A stretch of 64,000 nt of DNA from Candidatus Yanofskybacteria bacterium RIFCSPHIGHO2_01_FULL_43_32 (GCA_001794125.1 MGJF01000002.1:236514-300513); one strand, 5' to 3'. Positions 46,160 through 55,968 are shown, counted from the first letter of the stretch. Notes: generated from the letters alone by a model not told the origin. Numbers and translations are program-made.

Positions 46160-47551
46160 ATGAAAATATTTAACACTCTAACAAAACAGCTTGAACCGCT
46201 TCCCTCGCCTGACGAGCAAAAAAAACTCAATATGTTTGTCTGCGGTCCGACGGTCTATGACTATATTCATATCGGCAACGCAAGAACGTTTGTCATGTTT
46301 GATGTTGTTGCTAAATACCTGCGCTACCGCGGTTATGACGTAAATTATATCCAGAATATCACTGATATTGATAATAAAATTATTGAAAGAGCGCAGAAAG
46401 AAAATACTGACCCGCTGGAATACGCCAAAAAATACAGCGACTTTTTCAAACAAGACATGCTGGCGCTTGGCGTCACCTCTCCGGAATACAAAAACGCCGT
46501 CGACCACATCCCCGAAGTAATTAAACAGGTCCGGACATTATTGGACAAAGGCAATGCTTATGTAATCGAGAACGACGGCATATATTTTGACCTGTCCACT
46601 TTCCCCGACTACGGCAAACTATCAGGCAGAACCGCCAGCATGGCTGATGACGCCGTTTCCCGTATAGACGACAGCGACAGGAAGCGCAATCGCGGAGATT
46701 TTGCCCTTTGGAAGTTCGGCCGACCAGGCGACCCTTCCTGGCCGGCGCCCTTCGGCGCCGGCAGGCCGGGCTGGCATATTGAAGACACCGCCATTACCGA
46801 AAAATACTTCGGCCCGCAATACGACATCCACGGCGGAGGACAAGATTTGATATTCCCCCACCACGAAGCCGAGATTGCCCAGCAAGAGTCGGCATCAGGT
46901 TTAAAACCATTCGTTAAATATTGGATGCACAGCGGATTTTTGATTAATAAAGAATCAAAAATGTCTAAATCGCTTGGTAATTTTACAACGCTCCATGAAG
47001 CCCTGAAAAAATATGGTCCAAAAAATTTAAGGCTGTATTTGTTGTCAGCCCATTACAGATCGCCGCTTGCTTTAGATGAAAACGGACTGACTTCGGCAAT
47101 CGTAAGCAACGCGGGGGTTTATGCTTTTGAAGAACGCCTCGAGTTGGTTAGAAAATCAAAAAAAACATCTGATGACGGGGCGAATAAAATAATTGACGAG
47201 GCTGTTCAGGGTTTTGAAGATAGTTTAGACAATGACTTCAATACGCCGAAAGCATTAGCTTCATTTTTTACCTCCATTAATAAGTTTTTTATGCTCTTTA
47301 ATAAAGGAGGGTTGGGTTTGAATGATGTTCTTAAAATAGAAGAATATTTGAAAACAGTTAATAATATCTTGGGTATTATTAACCAACCTAAAATAAAAAT
47401 CCCGGAAGAGATAGTGAAAAAGGTTGAAGAAAGAGAAGTTGTAAGAAAAAATAAAGAGTGGGTCAAATCAGACGAATTGCGGCAAGAAATAGAAAATTTA
47501 GGATTTGATATTGACGATACCCCATACGGCCCTCTCGTTTCTGAAAAATAA
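46160..47551 (+). CDS. cysS: Cysteinyl-tRNA synthetase
   Basis: CGPTVYDYIHIGNARTF HIGH region, KMSKSLGN. Confidence 0.9.
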   Translation: MKIFNTLTKQLEPLPSPDEQKKLNMFVCGPTVYDYIHIGNARTFVMFDVVAKYLRYRGYDVNYIQNITDIDNKIIERAQKENTDPLEYAKKYSDFFKQDMLALGVTSPEYKNAVDHIPEVIKQVRTLLDKGNAYVIENDGIYFDLSTFPDYGKLSGRTASMADDAVSRIDDSDRKRNRGDFALWKFGRPGDPSWPAPFGAGRPGWHIEDTAITEKYFGPQYDIHGGGQDLIFPHHEAEIAQQESASGLKPFVKYWMHSGFLINKESKMSKSLGNFTTLHEALKKYGPKNLRLYLLSAHYRSPLALDENGLTSAIVSNAGVYAFEERLELVRKSKKTSDDGANKIIDEAVQGFEDSLDNDFNTPKALASFFTSINKFFMLFNKGGLGLNDVLKIEEYLKTVNNILGIINQPKIKIPEEIVKKVEEREVVRKNKEWVKSDELRQEIENLGFDIDDTPYGPLVSEK

Positions 47552-47576
47552 AAAGCCCATTTCAAAAAAGGGGCTG

Positions 47577-47864
47577 TCACTCGTTATTATTTTTAGCAAG
47601 CTGATAGGACCAGTAAAACAGGGCCGAAAGACCGGCAAAAACAAAAGCGGATATTTTCAAATTGCCGGCTTGGCTTAAAGATATTTGGCTGTTGCCACAA
47701 TAAAGGATAACCGCGCACGAAAAGACTAAATTAAGCAAACCAAACGCCAATAGCTTGGCCCATTTTATGTTCCCTAAAACACTGAGATAAAAGCTGTAAA
47801 AAAACAGGGTTGCGGCTGAAATCAGGCTTCCCAACAAAACCAGTGCCAAGATTTCCGTTTTCAC
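47577..47864 (-). CDS. Small three-TM membrane protein, hypothetical
   Basis: hydrophobicity only. Confidence 0.4.
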   Translation of the reverse strand: MKTEILALVLLGSLISAATLFFYSFYLSVLGNIKWAKLLAFGLLNLVFSCAVILYCGNSQISLSQAGNLKISAFVFAGLSALFYWSYQLAKNNNE

Positions 47865-47899
47865 CTGCTCAAGAATTACGATTTTCTAAAGTTTACATC

Positions 47900-47979
47900 T
47901 TTTTAATCAGATGGTCAAGAATAATTTATTTTTTAATCACAGTTAATGAACAGAAAGCTTGATTATCTTTTTTTAATCA
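47900..47979 (+). promoter_or_regulatory. Three direct repeats of TTTTTAATCA (at ~47900, 47929, 47968) upstream of dnaB
   Basis: read directly; 30- and 40-bp spacing. Confidence 0.35.
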
Positions 47980-47989
47980 ATGATAATAT

Positions 47990-49378
47990 ATGGTAATGAA
48001 TAAGGTCTCTGCCGATAAATTACCGCCGCAAGCGCTGGAAGTCGAAAAAACCCTGCTCGGTTCTCTTTTGATTGACCGGGAAGCGATAAACAAAGTCGCC
48101 GATCTGTTAAAACCGGAAGATTTTTACCAGAGAAGCAACCAGGTTGTTTATCAGGCGGTCCTGGCTCTTTTCGATAAACGCGAACCGATTGATCTTTTGA
48201 GCTTGGCCAACAAACTGGAAGAAATGGGCCACCTTGAGGATGTCGGCGGAATGGCATACCTCACTTCTTTGGCCGGCTCTGTGGGAACTTCGGCCCATAT
48301 CCTCTCTTACGCCAAGATAGTCCAGCGCAAAAAAATGTTAAGAGACCTAATTGATGCCGCGCACCACATAATCGGCATCAGCGCCAACGAGAACGAGGAC
48401 GTTGAAAATCTTCTGGATGAGGCCGAAAAGAAACTTTTTTCCGTTTCCCAAAAATCAATCACGAAAAACTTTTTACATCTTGGCGGTACTCTGGATGACG
48501 CAATGAACAGAATACTCAACCAAGGTGACGGTAAACTACGAGGCCTAAAAACGTATTTTAACGGATTAGACGATAAACTGGGCGGACTTCAGAAATCAGA
48601 CCTAATCGTCATTGCCGCAAGGCCATCCGTCGGTAAAACATCTTTTGCGTTAAATCTTGCTTTAAACATAGCCAAAGATAATGTCCCGGTTGGGATATTC
48701 AGTATGGAAATGTCGCTTGACCAGATTGTTGACCGTCTTATCGCCGCCCAATCGGGAGTAAGCGTATGGAAGATGAGAACGGGCAAACTCGGAGATGAAC
48801 TTCAGGAAACGACCCGGGCCTGCGAAGAACTGAAAAACCTGCCCCTGTTCATAGACGATTCCCCTTCACCGAACATTCTTCAAATGAGAGCTATGGCAAG
48901 AAGATTACAGTCAGAACACGGCTTAGGCCTTTTGGTCGTTGATTATCTGCAGTTAATGTCCGCCCGCAGAAATTACGACAGCCCTGTCCAGCAAGTCACG
49001 GAAATATCCCGCGGTCTCAAGGGCTTGGCCAAAGAATTGAATATCCCGATAATCGCCATTTCCCAGCTCTCCCGAGCCGTGGAGCAAAGAGACGGCCACA
49101 GGCCCAAACTATCCGACTTGAGGGACTCCGGCTCCATTGAACAGGATGCCGACCTTGTCATGTTTATTCACAGAGAAGACAAGGTCAAAGACAAGGATAA
49201 ATTGAACGCCGATCAAATAAACACCGCTCAGCTTATCATCGCTAAACACAGAAACGGCCCCACCGGAGAAATTGATTTCAAGATCAATCCTGACAGCTTA
49301 AGGTTTTTGGAACTTGATAAAATTCACGGCGACCTGGGGGTGGTAAACGATATGGGCGAAGGCGAAAATTATCTTTAA
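47990..49378 (+). CDS. dnaB: Replicative DNA helicase DnaB
   Basis: Walker A ARPSVGKTSF, RecA-like core, N-terminal DnaB domain. Confidence 0.9.
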   Translation: MVMNKVSADKLPPQALEVEKTLLGSLLIDREAINKVADLLKPEDFYQRSNQVVYQAVLALFDKREPIDLLSLANKLEEMGHLEDVGGMAYLTSLAGSVGTSAHILSYAKIVQRKKMLRDLIDAAHHIIGISANENEDVENLLDEAEKKLFSVSQKSITKNFLHLGGTLDDAMNRILNQGDGKLRGLKTYFNGLDDKLGGLQKSDLIVIAARPSVGKTSFALNLALNIAKDNVPVGIFSMEMSLDQIVDRLIAAQSGVSVWKMRTGKLGDELQETTRACEELKNLPLFIDDSPSPNILQMRAMARRLQSEHGLGLLVVDYLQLMSARRNYDSPVQQVTEISRGLKGLAKELNIPIIAISQLSRAVEQRDGHRPKLSDLRDSGSIEQDADLVMFIHREDKVKDKDKLNADQINTAQLIIAKHRNGPTGEIDFKINPDSLRFLELDKIHGDLGVVNDMGEGENYL

Positions 49379-49380
49379 AA

Positions 49381-49986
49381 ATGAATACCAAGTTTAAAGA
49401 CATCGTAAAATTATTTCAGAAACTCCCCGGCGTAGGACCGAGACAGGCAGCCAGATTTGTCATTGCTCTAATGGACAAACCGGAAGAAGAACTTCGTGAA
49501 TTCGGCAAAGCCGTAGCGAATTTGCGCAAGGAAATATCTTTTTGTCCTGTCTGCTTTAATATATCCGATAACGGTCTTTGTTCGGTGTGTTTAGACGGCA
49601 AAAGAGACCAGGCGAAACTATTGGTGGTAGAGAAAGTTACAGACTTGGATTCCATTGAACGGACAGGACTTTATAAAGGCCTTTACCACGTTCTTGGCGG
49701 AGCGATAAATCCTCTGGACGGCCTTACTCCCGAAACGCTTCGTTTAAAAGAACTTGCAGAACGCATAGGCAAGCTGGGAGACAAAAACATAGAACTTATC
49801 ATCGCCACTAATCCCAACACCGCCGGCGAAACAACTTCCCACTATATCCGAGAGGTTTTCGGCTCCGCCAGCTGGCGGAAAAAAGGGGTCTACCTGACCC
49901 GCCTCGCCCGAGGCCTTTCCTCCGGCTCAAATTTAGAATACACGGACGAGATAACACTGAAGAATGCGTTGGATTATAGGAAATAG
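49381..49986 (+). CDS. recR: Recombination protein RecR
   Basis: HhH LPGVGPRQAARF, C4 zinc finger CPVC...CSVC, Toprim. Confidence 0.9.
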   Translation: MNTKFKDIVKLFQKLPGVGPRQAARFVIALMDKPEEELREFGKAVANLRKEISFCPVCFNISDNGLCSVCLDGKRDQAKLLVVEKVTDLDSIERTGLYKGLYHVLGGAINPLDGLTPETLRLKELAERIGKLGDKNIELIIATNPNTAGETTSHYIREVFGSASWRKKGVYLTRLARGLSSGSNLEYTDEITLKNALDYRK

Positions 49987-50380
49987 TCGCTCGGCCTCAT
50001 TGTATTTTTCAGCCCGTTTCGATTGCTCCTGCGGCAATCTCCACTTGTCCTCACGACGGCGGGTCCAGCCTGCCGTGTCACTAAGTTTATTGCATAGTAA
50101 AGCTTATCTGACGGAAAGCCTAAATCTTGAGTAGCTTATCTCACGAACTCCGGCGTGGACACCAAGCCCGCCTGTTCGGACGGGCTTCAAAATGCAATAA
50201 GACCTCACTTTTTTTAATTTTAAACAAAAAAAAATACACTGAGGAGATTCTGAACCTCATTAGTGCAGGGAATCGACAGATCGATTCCGCTCTTCTGGTA
50301 TGAAAACCAGAATAGTTGTAGCATAACAAATCTGGTTGTCTCTGTCAATAGTATAACCCAGCCACATTTCTTTTTTGTCG

Positions 50381-50559
50381 CTTTGAACCTCTATTGCCAA
50401 TCACCACCTATTCACCAAGGCAACTGGCGGAGGGAGACGCCTTTATCCCAAAGAAGAACGTTCGCAGACGGGTAGCCGAGATAGAGCAAAAACCCGGCAG
50501 GGTTTTATGCGGTCTTCGTGGGATGAGGGCGTCTCCTTCCGTACGCGTAGAGGTTGTGT
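50381..50559 (+). repeat. Structured repeat family 3, solo copy 3 (longer central stem GGAGGGAGACGCC...GGCGTCTCCTTCC)
   Basis: CTTTGAACctctattgccaatc...CAACTGGCGGAGGGAG...GTAGAGGTTGTGT; followed by terminator 50571-50603. Confidence 0.55.
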
Positions 50560-50570
50560 AAACTATTCAG

Positions 50571-50603
50571 AAAAAATCACCGCTTTAGGCGGTGATTTTT
50601 GTG
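50571..50603. terminator. Hairpin AAAAAATCACCGC ttta GGCGGTGATTTTT overlapping the last codons of rplU (bidirectional terminator)
   Basis: perfect stem with flanking A/T runs. Confidence 0.6.
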
Positions 50604-50890
50604 ATTTGAATCTTGGTATATGGCTGGCGGTGGCCTTTTTTCTTATGCTGACGTGTTTTAGATTTAAATTTGAAAACCATCTTTTTTTCGCCTTTTCCTT
50701 CCTCTAACACCTTGGCGGAAACCTTGGCTCCGGAAACAACCGGCTTGCCAAGTTTTACCTCGCCGTTGACCACCAATAACACATCTTTAAAAACAATTTC
50801 TCCACCTTCAGTTTCCAATTTTTCAACCCTTAAAACATCGCCCTCGGCGACTTTATACTGTTTCCCTCCTGTTTTTATTACAGCAAACAT
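50585..50890 (-). CDS. rplU: 50S ribosomal protein L21 (start at internal Met [14 protein letters not shown]; track ORF extends to 50938)
   Basis: L21 N-terminal consensus; promoter TTTACA-N17-TATCAT just upstream. Confidence 0.85.
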   Translation of the reverse strand: MFAVIKTGGKQYKVAEGDVLRVEKLETEGGEIVFKDVLLVVNGEVKLGKPVVSGAKVSAKVLEEGKGEKKMVFKFKSKTRQHKKKGHRQPYTKIQITKITA

Positions 50891-50940
50891 GATTTGTATA
50901 TGATATCTCAAAAAATTTGTTTTGTAAAGCAGGGCCAATA

Positions 50941-51004
50941 GAGAACATTGGAAAACTTTGTTTGGTCAAATTTATGAGTATTTTATGAAAAATCCTTTAG
51001 ATTT
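50941..51004 (+). repeat. Direct repeat family 4 copy a (AGGGCCAATAGAGAACATTGGAAAACTTTGTT...AAAATCC)
   Basis: matches 51651-51715. Confidence 0.6.
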
Positions 51005-51047
51005 TGAGTTTGCCATTGTTTTTGCCAATTAAAAAGATAGCATAAAG

Positions 51048-51452
51048 CTATCTATCAACTGAGATTATTTCTATTTCACGGAAAATTCTTGACTTAGTAT
51101 ATGAGACCTTGAGAATATCGCCGACATGAGTTTGGTCATAGAATTCCTTAAAAACCTGAATTTCAGAAGATTGGTCCTTGATATTGAATGATAATTGCCA
51201 TTTCTCTGGTACGAGGAAACTGGCACCCGTTGATGTATGCCCTCGATGAGGTTCAAGGTGTTCCTTGTCTATAACAGCACTGTCTATGTGTTGGGCAGGT
51301 AAAGCAACGAAGTCCGACAACAAGGTCATTCCCAGAATAAATAGGATGCAAAACGCAATAACAAATCTCTTTTTCTCGGATCGACTCATCGGAGATGATG
51401 GTTTATCACCCTCGTATTTTCGACGACGGCTACTACGCATCTGACTAAACAT
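51048..51452 (-). CDS. Membrane-anchored hypothetical protein
   Basis: GAGGAG RBS, N-terminal TM after basic stretch. Confidence 0.55.
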   Translation of the reverse strand: MFSQMRSSRRRKYEGDKPSSPMSRSEKKRFVIAFCILFILGMTLLSDFVALPAQHIDSAVIDKEHLEPHRGHTSTGASFLVPEKWQLSFNIKDQSSEIQVFKEFYDQTHVGDILKVSYTKSRIFREIEIISVDR

Positions 51453-51650
51453 GATAACTCCTCAGTCAACGAACTAATAGATTTATAAACTTATTTTTAG
51501 ATAGTGTCAATTATTCGTTATTTGGCATTTTCAGCCCAAAGTTTTCCCCTCCCCTTAGCCCCTCCGAAAAAGCTGTTTTCGGAAAACTCAAATTGGCTCA
51601 ATTACATAGATACCTCCTTAGTCATTTCATTTTGACCATTCTCCTTGGGT

Positions 51651-51715
51651 AGGGCCAATAGAGAACATTAGAAAACTTTGTTCTCTGATATTTATACATA
51701 TTTTATTCAAAATCC
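51651..51715 (+). repeat. Direct repeat family 4 copy b
   Basis: AGGGCCAATAGAGAACATTAGAAAACTTTGTT...AAAATCC. Confidence 0.6.
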
Positions 51716-51814
51716 AATTTTAGACCGCTAGAAATAAAAAACACTCTACATTGACATCATATATAATTTATAGTATAGTTTAGAAAAGTTACTTTAAATA
51801 AGGAGTGTATCGGT

Positions 51815-52129
51815 ATGTGGAGTTTGTATCTGAAGTATAATCCCATTATTGTATTCGTTCTACGACCAATCCTGAGGTTGGTAGATGCCCATAATCACCC
51901 GCTATTGGGCGGTGTAGCAACAGCCATTGCATCAGGACTAGTCCATTATGGAATAATTCTGCCTTTTTGCTGGCAAGAAGCTGGGTTGATAGCTTCCCTA
52001 GCGGTAATCCCAATAGCAATTCACGCTCTATTTTGTATTAACATTCTTTCTAACCTTCTACTTGGGGTCAGTAGATATACAAGTGGTAAATATGGGAATA
52101 GACCCATCAATGACACACGGGGTGCATAA
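51815..52129 (+). CDS. Small polytopic membrane protein, hypothetical
   Basis: hydrophobicity only. Confidence 0.45.
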   Translation: MWSLYLKYNPIIVFVLRPILRLVDAHNHPLLGGVATAIASGLVHYGIILPFCWQEAGLIASLAVIPIAIHALFCINILSNLLLGVSRYTSGKYGNRPINDTRGA

Positions 52130-52188
52130 AGCATCCCGTTTTTATTTACTAAAATTTTATGTAACGGTTTTCCACTCCCCTTGGCCCC

Positions 52189-52443
52189 TCAAATAATGGG
52201 TTTACCGAATTTAATAAGATTTAATTTTTTCTCGCGCCGCCATCCTTTGATTTGTGCCTCTCTTTTTAAAGCCCCGGATACACTATTATACTTTTCGGCA
52301 TATAAAACTTTCACGACTTTTCTTGCTCGTGTATAACGGGCGCCCTTACCAGCTTGGTGCTCAAGAAACCTTCTCTCAACATCTTTCGCAATACCAGCAT
52401 AAAACGTACCATCCCCACATTGAATAAGGTATACAAAATACAT
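52189..52443 (-). CDS. GIY-YIG nuclease family protein (URI domain, 84 aa)
   Basis: YFVYLIQCGDGTFYAGIAKDVERRFLEHQAG ... YTRA. Confidence 0.7.
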   Translation of the reverse strand: MYFVYLIQCGDGTFYAGIAKDVERRFLEHQAGKGARYTRARKVVKVLYAEKYNSVSGALKREAQIKGWRREKKLNLIKFGKPII

Positions 52444-52528
52444 AAATTATTTTTTGAAGCGCCCTTCGATAAACTCAGGGCACTTCTCCGGCTCAGCTTG
52501 CACTGAGCCTGTCGAAGTGCAGCGCCAC

Positions 52529-52600
52529 GGAGAATCGAACTCCGCTTCCATGCTTGAGAAGCATGTGTCCTAACCGATAGACGATGGCGCCATATTTATA
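52529..52600 (-). tRNA. tRNA-Glu (anticodon CUC)
   Basis: cloverleaf folded by hand: acceptor GGCGCCA/TGGCGCT, D GTCT/GGAC, anticodon stem CATGC/GCATG loop TTCTCAA, T-arm CGGAG-TTCGATT-CTCCG; trailer hairpins 52487-52527. Confidence 0.75.
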
Positions 52601-52635
52601 ATTATTTTAGGCCAATTTTAGCATATTTTCCTGAT

Positions 52636-52665
52636 TTGACAAATAGGGTTAAAGTATGCTATAAT
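52636..52665 (+). promoter_or_regulatory. Consensus sigma70 promoter TTGACA-18-TATAAT driving small peptide gene
   Basis: read directly. Confidence 0.6.
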
Positions 52666-52700
52666 ACATTCATAAGCAGTTCCCAAAAAAGGAGTGCGCC

Positions 52701-52853
52701 ATGAGAAGCATTGTTGGAATTCTCGGACTGCTCGTTTTCCTTGTCCTCGCCTATCTGGCCGCCGGTTCCTACATCGACGGCATCAAGGCGAAAACCGAGA
52801 CGAAGTGCTCCGAAACGCGCCAGACCCTCGGTCTGTGCGAACCAGGCAAGTAG
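52701..52853 (+). CDS. 50-aa small membrane peptide (N-terminal TM helix, polar C-terminus with two Cys); type-I-toxin-like architecture; below the 60-aa ORF-track cutoff
   Basis: AAGGAG RBS 8 nt upstream of ATG, consensus promoter, strong terminator; GC-rich coding. Confidence 0.45.
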   Translation: MRSIVGILGLLVFLVLAYLAAGSYIDGIKAKTETKCSETRQTLGLCEPGK

Positions 52854-52879
52854 CGCGTTCGGCTCACCAAGCCGGAGCC

Positions 52880-52910
52880 AAAGCCCCAGAACATCGGGGC
52901 TTTTGTTTTA
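52880..52910. terminator. Terminator AAGCCCC agaacat cGGGGCTT TTGTTTTATTT (also serves convergent murF)
   Basis: GC stem plus T-run. Confidence 0.6.
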
Positions 52911-54218
52911 TTTAGAAAGCCACTTTTTACCCTGTCTGACCAGCAGGTCTTTTTTATTTCCTCCGCCGGCTGGCGGATCCGCCATTATTTCTTCCACTAT
53001 TTTTTCCATCCTCATTCCCTGCGAACCTTTTATCAAAATTAAATCCCCTTCTTTGATTAACTCTTTAACTTTCAATTTCGCTTCATCCGACGTATCAAAT
53101 CTATAAATATTTTCTCTGGGCATCTGATTGAAGGCCGAGTCAGCAATAAATTTCGCCCTTGAACCCACACAAACAAGCAAATCAACAAAACTTCCGGCCA
53201 CATTTCCCGCTTCTTTATGGGCATCTATCGTATATTTTCCCAACTCAAGCATATCTCCCAAAACAGCGACCCTCCGCGTTCCGGGTAAGTCCCGGAGTGT
53301 TTCCAACGCTAAATGTGTAGATAAAGGAGATGCATTATATGTGTCGTCTATGATTGTAGAGTTTTTGATTCCTTTCAGTATTTTCAATCTGCCTTTCGGT
53401 CCGTGATATTCAGAAATGGCCTCGCTTATATCAACCAAATTCATGTCGAAAATTGAACCGATCGCGGCCGCCGCGGCGGCGGCATATCCTTGGGATTTAC
53501 CCAAAGAACCGCTCAATTTAAATGGCACAAAACTATCATTATAATTTATTTTAAAACTCACTCCTTCTGGTCTCTCGTTAGAAATTAGAGATTGGAAATT
53601 AGAAATTTTAATATTTGCTCCCTCGCCAAACCCGAATGTAAGCACTTTTGCTTTTGTCCTTTCTTTCATTTCAAAAACAGCTAAATCGTCAAAGTTCAAA
53701 ACCGCGAAATCAGAGACCGAAAGCGCCTCGATAAGCCGGCCCTTCTCTTTGGCCACACCTTCAGGTCCGGAGAAATATTCTACATGAACCGGCACTTCCC
53801 CGACCGCGGTTACCACTCCGATATGAGGTTTGAACTTGGCGGCTAATCGCTTTATGTCGCCCGGCTTATCCGCTCCGTATTCTAACACTAAAATCTCCGG
53901 ATAATTTTTTTGAAAAAACAGGCCACAAAAAGAAACCGCCAAAACTCTGATCCAAAAAAACAAAGTATTCTCCGCTTCATAATATTCATCGGCCCAATTG
54001 CCCACGATGGTCAGCGGCACGCCGAATTCGTTGTTAAGATTGCCCTTTCCGGATCTGACTCTTTTTGACCTCGCCAACACAGCCGAAATCGCTTCTTTGG
54101 TTGATGTCTTGCCGACATTTCCGGTAATAGCGATAATTTGCGGTTTATAGCGCCTTAAATACATTTTGGCGATTATGTCGAGTTTCCAGACGATTATTTT
54201 TTTAATAAAGTTTTTCAT
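52908..54218 (-). CDS. murF: UDP-N-acetylmuramoyl-tripeptide--D-alanyl-D-alanine ligase; C-terminal PPAGGG palindromic extension
   Basis: IAITGNVGKTSTKE P-loop and NLNNEFGVPLT MurF hallmark. Confidence 0.8.
   Translation of the reverse strand: MKNFIKKIIVWKLDIIAKMYLRRYKPQIIAITGNVGKTSTKEAISAVLARSKRVRSGKGNLNNEFGVPLTIVGNWADEYYEAENTLFFWIRVLAVSFCGLFFQKNYPEILVLEYGADKPGDIKRLAAKFKPHIGVVTAVGEVPVHVEYFSGPEGVAKEKGRLIEALSVSDFAVLNFDDLAVFEMKERTKAKVLTFGFGEGANIKISNFQSLISNERPEGVSFKINYNDSFVPFKLSGSLGKSQGYAAAAAAAIGSIFDMNLVDISEAISEYHGPKGRLKILKGIKNSTIIDDTYNASPLSTHLALETLRDLPGTRRVAVLGDMLELGKYTIDAHKEAGNVAGSFVDLLVCVGSRAKFIADSAFNQMPRENIYRFDTSDEAKLKVKELIKEGDLILIKGSQGMRMEKIVEEIMADPPAGGGNKKDLLVRQGKKWLSK
52962..52977. repeat. 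16-bp palindrome copy 2 (in murF, encodes PPAGG; adjacent second palindrome TGGCGGATCCGCCA)
   Basis: exact string (reverse complement). Confidence 0.8.
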
Positions 54219-54219
54219 T

Positions 54220-55950
54220 TTATTTTCTCGTAGGTGGAATCTTATAGTAATTAATTAAAAACTGCGCAACTTCTCTGAATGTCGGAGACAAGCTGTCGGC
54301 GGCGAATTGGATTCCTTTCGGCCGGTCCATTTTTATCAGAATTACGAACTTCGGGTCCAGGCCTGGCGCAAATCCGAGAAAATCATGAATAAACTCTTTT
54401 TCGTCATAACCGCCTTTTCCGTCAGGTATCTGCGCGGTTCCGGTTTTACCGGCTATATCATATCCCTTAATTTTAGCTTTATCAAAACCGTTGTCTACCA
54501 CCCCGACCAGCATTGTTTTTAATTTATCTGATGTTTTTTTGGAAAATGGGATGCTTATTATTTCCGGCTTGGTAACCGTTTCTTCTCCCCCTTCTTTGAC
54601 TATTTTTTCAACAACATATGGCCTCATCAGTTTTCCTCCGTTTGCGATGGCCGAATACGCATTTATAAGCTGTATCGGCGTAACCGCTATTCCCTGACCG
54701 AAGGACGCCGTCAAATAATTAATTTTTCTTCCGCTGTAAAGATTGGTAATGTCGCCGTTAACTTCGCCCGGCAGATCTATGCCGGTTCTTTGTCCGAATC
54801 CGGTATTTATCGTGTAGTTGAGAAAATTATCGTCGCCTACGGAATTTTCAACAAACATCGCTCCGGTGTTTATAGATTTTTCCAACACTTGAGACATAGT
54901 CTGCAGACCAAAAACTTTATTGCTGAAGTTGCGTATGGTATATTCAGCGGCTTTTATAAATCCTTCGTCGGTAAATGTGGTCTGAGGAGTGACCTTAGCC
55001 AAATCCAGTCCCATAGCCATAGTTATTGGCTTATAAGAAGAACCCGGCTCAAAAACTTCCTGCACGCCTTTATTTAAAAAAAGGGCGGTTGGGTAATCAC
55101 TATAGTTATTAGGGTCAAATGTCGGCTTATCGGCCATGGCCAATATCTTGCCCGTATTCGGGTCCTGAACAATGATTGTCCCGCCCCGGGCATCCCATTT
55201 TTTCAACACGCTTTCGAGTTTATCTTCTGTGTAAGCCTGTATGTTCTTATCTATGGTCAAAACAATATCCGACGGTCGGTTGAACGTGTTATTTCCGCCG
55301 GATAGCGAATTACTGCCGGAAATAAGGTTTTTAATAAAACCAACCGCTCCTGTGGCAATCGGCGCTTTTGCGGCCGTCTTACCGAACAAGTCATTATCAT
55401 AATAAGACTCGATGCCATATTGTCCGGAACGGCCGTTCAGGTCATATCCCAAAAATCCCATGACATTGGATGCCAACTCCTGTCCGGGATAGAACCTGTC
55501 CGTTTCGTATGAAATACCCAGTCCCCTTAAATTCAGGCCTTTTATTTGTTCGACCTGATTCGTCTCCAGCCGTCTTGCCAGTACTTTGGAAGAGTTTTGT
55601 CCCGATTGGATTGTGTTTAGGATCCGATCTTTATCAGTTTTTAAAATATCGGCCACCCGGGATATTTTTTCCCCGTCGGTTTTCCAGTCAATTTTGGCCG
55701 GAACGACATAAGCGAGGGGGAACTTCTTGTTGGTAGCGGCGAGGAACAAATTATTAGATGTCGGGTCTTTCAGATATATATTGCCCCTGGCCAGAATGTT
55801 GGTGATATTATCCCTTTGAGCCGCTGCGGTCCGGGAATAAACCGAATGCCGGATATAAGATAAAATAAAAAGCCTGTATAAAATCAGGCCCGAAACGATC
55901 AAAACAAGAACAAAAAATATGTTTATGCGAAAATTATCATGTTTACTCAT
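54220..55950 (-). CDS. ftsI: Penicillin-binding protein 2/3-type transpeptidase
   Basis: SxxK SSYKP, KTGTA AGKTGTAQ; N-terminal TM anchor. Confidence 0.85.
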   Translation of the reverse strand: MSKHDNFRINIFFVLVLIVSGLILYRLFILSYIRHSVYSRTAAAQRDNITNILARGNIYLKDPTSNNLFLAATNKKFPLAYVVPAKIDWKTDGEKISRVADILKTDKDRILNTIQSGQNSSKVLARRLETNQVEQIKGLNLRGLGISYETDRFYPGQELASNVMGFLGYDLNGRSGQYGIESYYDNDLFGKTAAKAPIATGAVGFIKNLISGSNSLSGGNNTFNRPSDIVLTIDKNIQAYTEDKLESVLKKWDARGGTIIVQDPNTGKILAMADKPTFDPNNYSDYPTALFLNKGVQEVFEPGSSYKPITMAMGLDLAKVTPQTTFTDEGFIKAAEYTIRNFSNKVFGLQTMSQVLEKSINTGAMFVENSVGDDNFLNYTINTGFGQRTGIDLPGEVNGDITNLYSGRKINYLTASFGQGIAVTPIQLINAYSAIANGGKLMRPYVVEKIVKEGGEETVTKPEIISIPFSKKTSDKLKTMLVGVVDNGFDKAKIKGYDIAGKTGTAQIPDGKGGYDEKEFIHDFLGFAPGLDPKFVILIKMDRPKGIQFAADSLSPTFREVAQFLINYYKIPPTRK

Positions 55951-55968
55951 GGCAACAAATTATAATTA

